From an uncultured bacterium (GTDB lineage Bacteria > Eisenbacteria > RBG-16-71-46 > CAIMUX01 > WJJG01): a stretch of 64,000 nt of DNA. Shown here in pieces: positions 63,784 through 64,000 of the stretch; the first letter of the stretch is position 1; each line of letters starts with the position of its first letter. Under the pieces are notes generated by a model. It saw only the letters and a list, made by a program, of their open reading frames with translations, was not told the DNA's origin and searched no databases. The position numbers and the translations under genes were made by a program. The stretch spans positions 6,912-70,911 of the forward strand of contig CAZPGB010000014.1 of assembly GCA_964585945.1 (NCBI GenBank), given 5' to 3'.

Positions 63784-64000
63784 CTACTGTGGCGAAGAGA
63801 CCGGGAAGAAGCGCACGCGATCGAGCTGCAGCCGCACGCCCACCCGGTCGCCTTCCGGCCGGTGACTGCTGAGCGCCAGCACCTCCACCTCCGCGATCGA
63901 CGCGTGCACCAGGAAGCCGCTGCCCAGGCTCTCGATGACGCGGACCCGCGCGTTCGCGTGGCCCCGGTCGGGCTCCACCAGATCGACGTGCTCGGGACGA
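63784..64000 (-). CDS. ABC transporter ATP-binding protein, C-terminal TOBE-like domain (partial; runs off the window end)
   Basis: The frame stays open upstream to the window edge (...RPEHVDLVEPDRGHANARVRVIESLGSGFLVHA...). TOBE/MOP-like pattern. Confidence 0.5.
   Translation of the reverse strand, partial: RPEHVDLVEPDRGHANARVRVIESLGSGFLVHASIAEVEVLALSSHRPEGDRVGVRLQLDRVRFFPVSSPQ

Overview
This window is a high-GC (about 67-70%) bacterial chromosomal segment with dense coding on both strands. I found no rRNA, tRNA, CRISPR array, transposase or integrase. Because GC is high, the ORF track is full of long spurious antisense ORFs rich in Arg, Pro, Gly and Ala. I called genes by recognisable protein motifs, ribosome-binding sites (RBS) and ATGA start/stop overlaps.

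Main content, start to end:
- A partial PAS/PAC sensor at the 5' edge.
- A P-type cation ATPase.
- An eRF1/Pelota-like (baeRF-type) protein followed by a dodecin.
- A minus-strand operon: APH-like kinase, APS kinase (CysC), SpoIIAA-like STAS protein, UPF0182 membrane protein, and a small acidic protein.
- OsmY-like BON proteins, a PEBP protein and PncB.
- A long minus-strand stress and envelope cluster: Hsp20, superoxide reductase, BON protein, DJ-1/PfpI, a phosphoribosyltransferase, then a LolA-like protein, two FtsX permeases, an ABC ATPase and an outer-membrane beta-barrel.
- An S2P/CBS protease and an orphan NarL-type response regulator.
- A GH65 phosphorylase with a fused beta-phosphoglucomutase/trehalose-phosphate phosphatase and a trailing ferredoxin.
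- A complete N-type (Na+-type) F-ATPase operon, atpD-C-Q-R-B-E-F-A-G, with a Na+-binding c-ring signature and no delta subunit.
- A DNA-metabolism block: L. leichmannii-type class II ribonucleotide reductase (RTPR), PolX and LigA.
- Cation transporters (CPA antiporter, ZIP), an MBL hydrolase and MscS.
- An 8-heme c-type cytochrome ATGA-coupled to a small membrane ORF.
- An RpiB-transaldolase fusion, a divergent PAP2 protein, DUF948 and YtxH proteins.
- A YegS-like lipid kinase coupled to a second SpoIIAA-like protein.
- Fpg and a DUF72 protein.
- A large outer-membrane protein combining a gluzincin-like domain, a TolB-like propeller and an Omp85 barrel.
- An M20 peptidase, a Ddl-like ATP-grasp ligase and a partial ABC ATPase at the 3' edge.

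The overall theme is osmotic, ionic and oxidative stress adaptation plus envelope biogenesis.

Most worth a second look:
- The baeRF-dodecin pair.
- The Omp85 chimera.
- The LolA/FtsX/outer-membrane export module coupled to stress genes.
- The GH65/fused-phosphatase/ferredoxin operon.
- The two SpoIIAA-like proteins, each coupled to a membrane or lipid gene.
- Several conspicuous palindromes and direct repeats in promoter regions.
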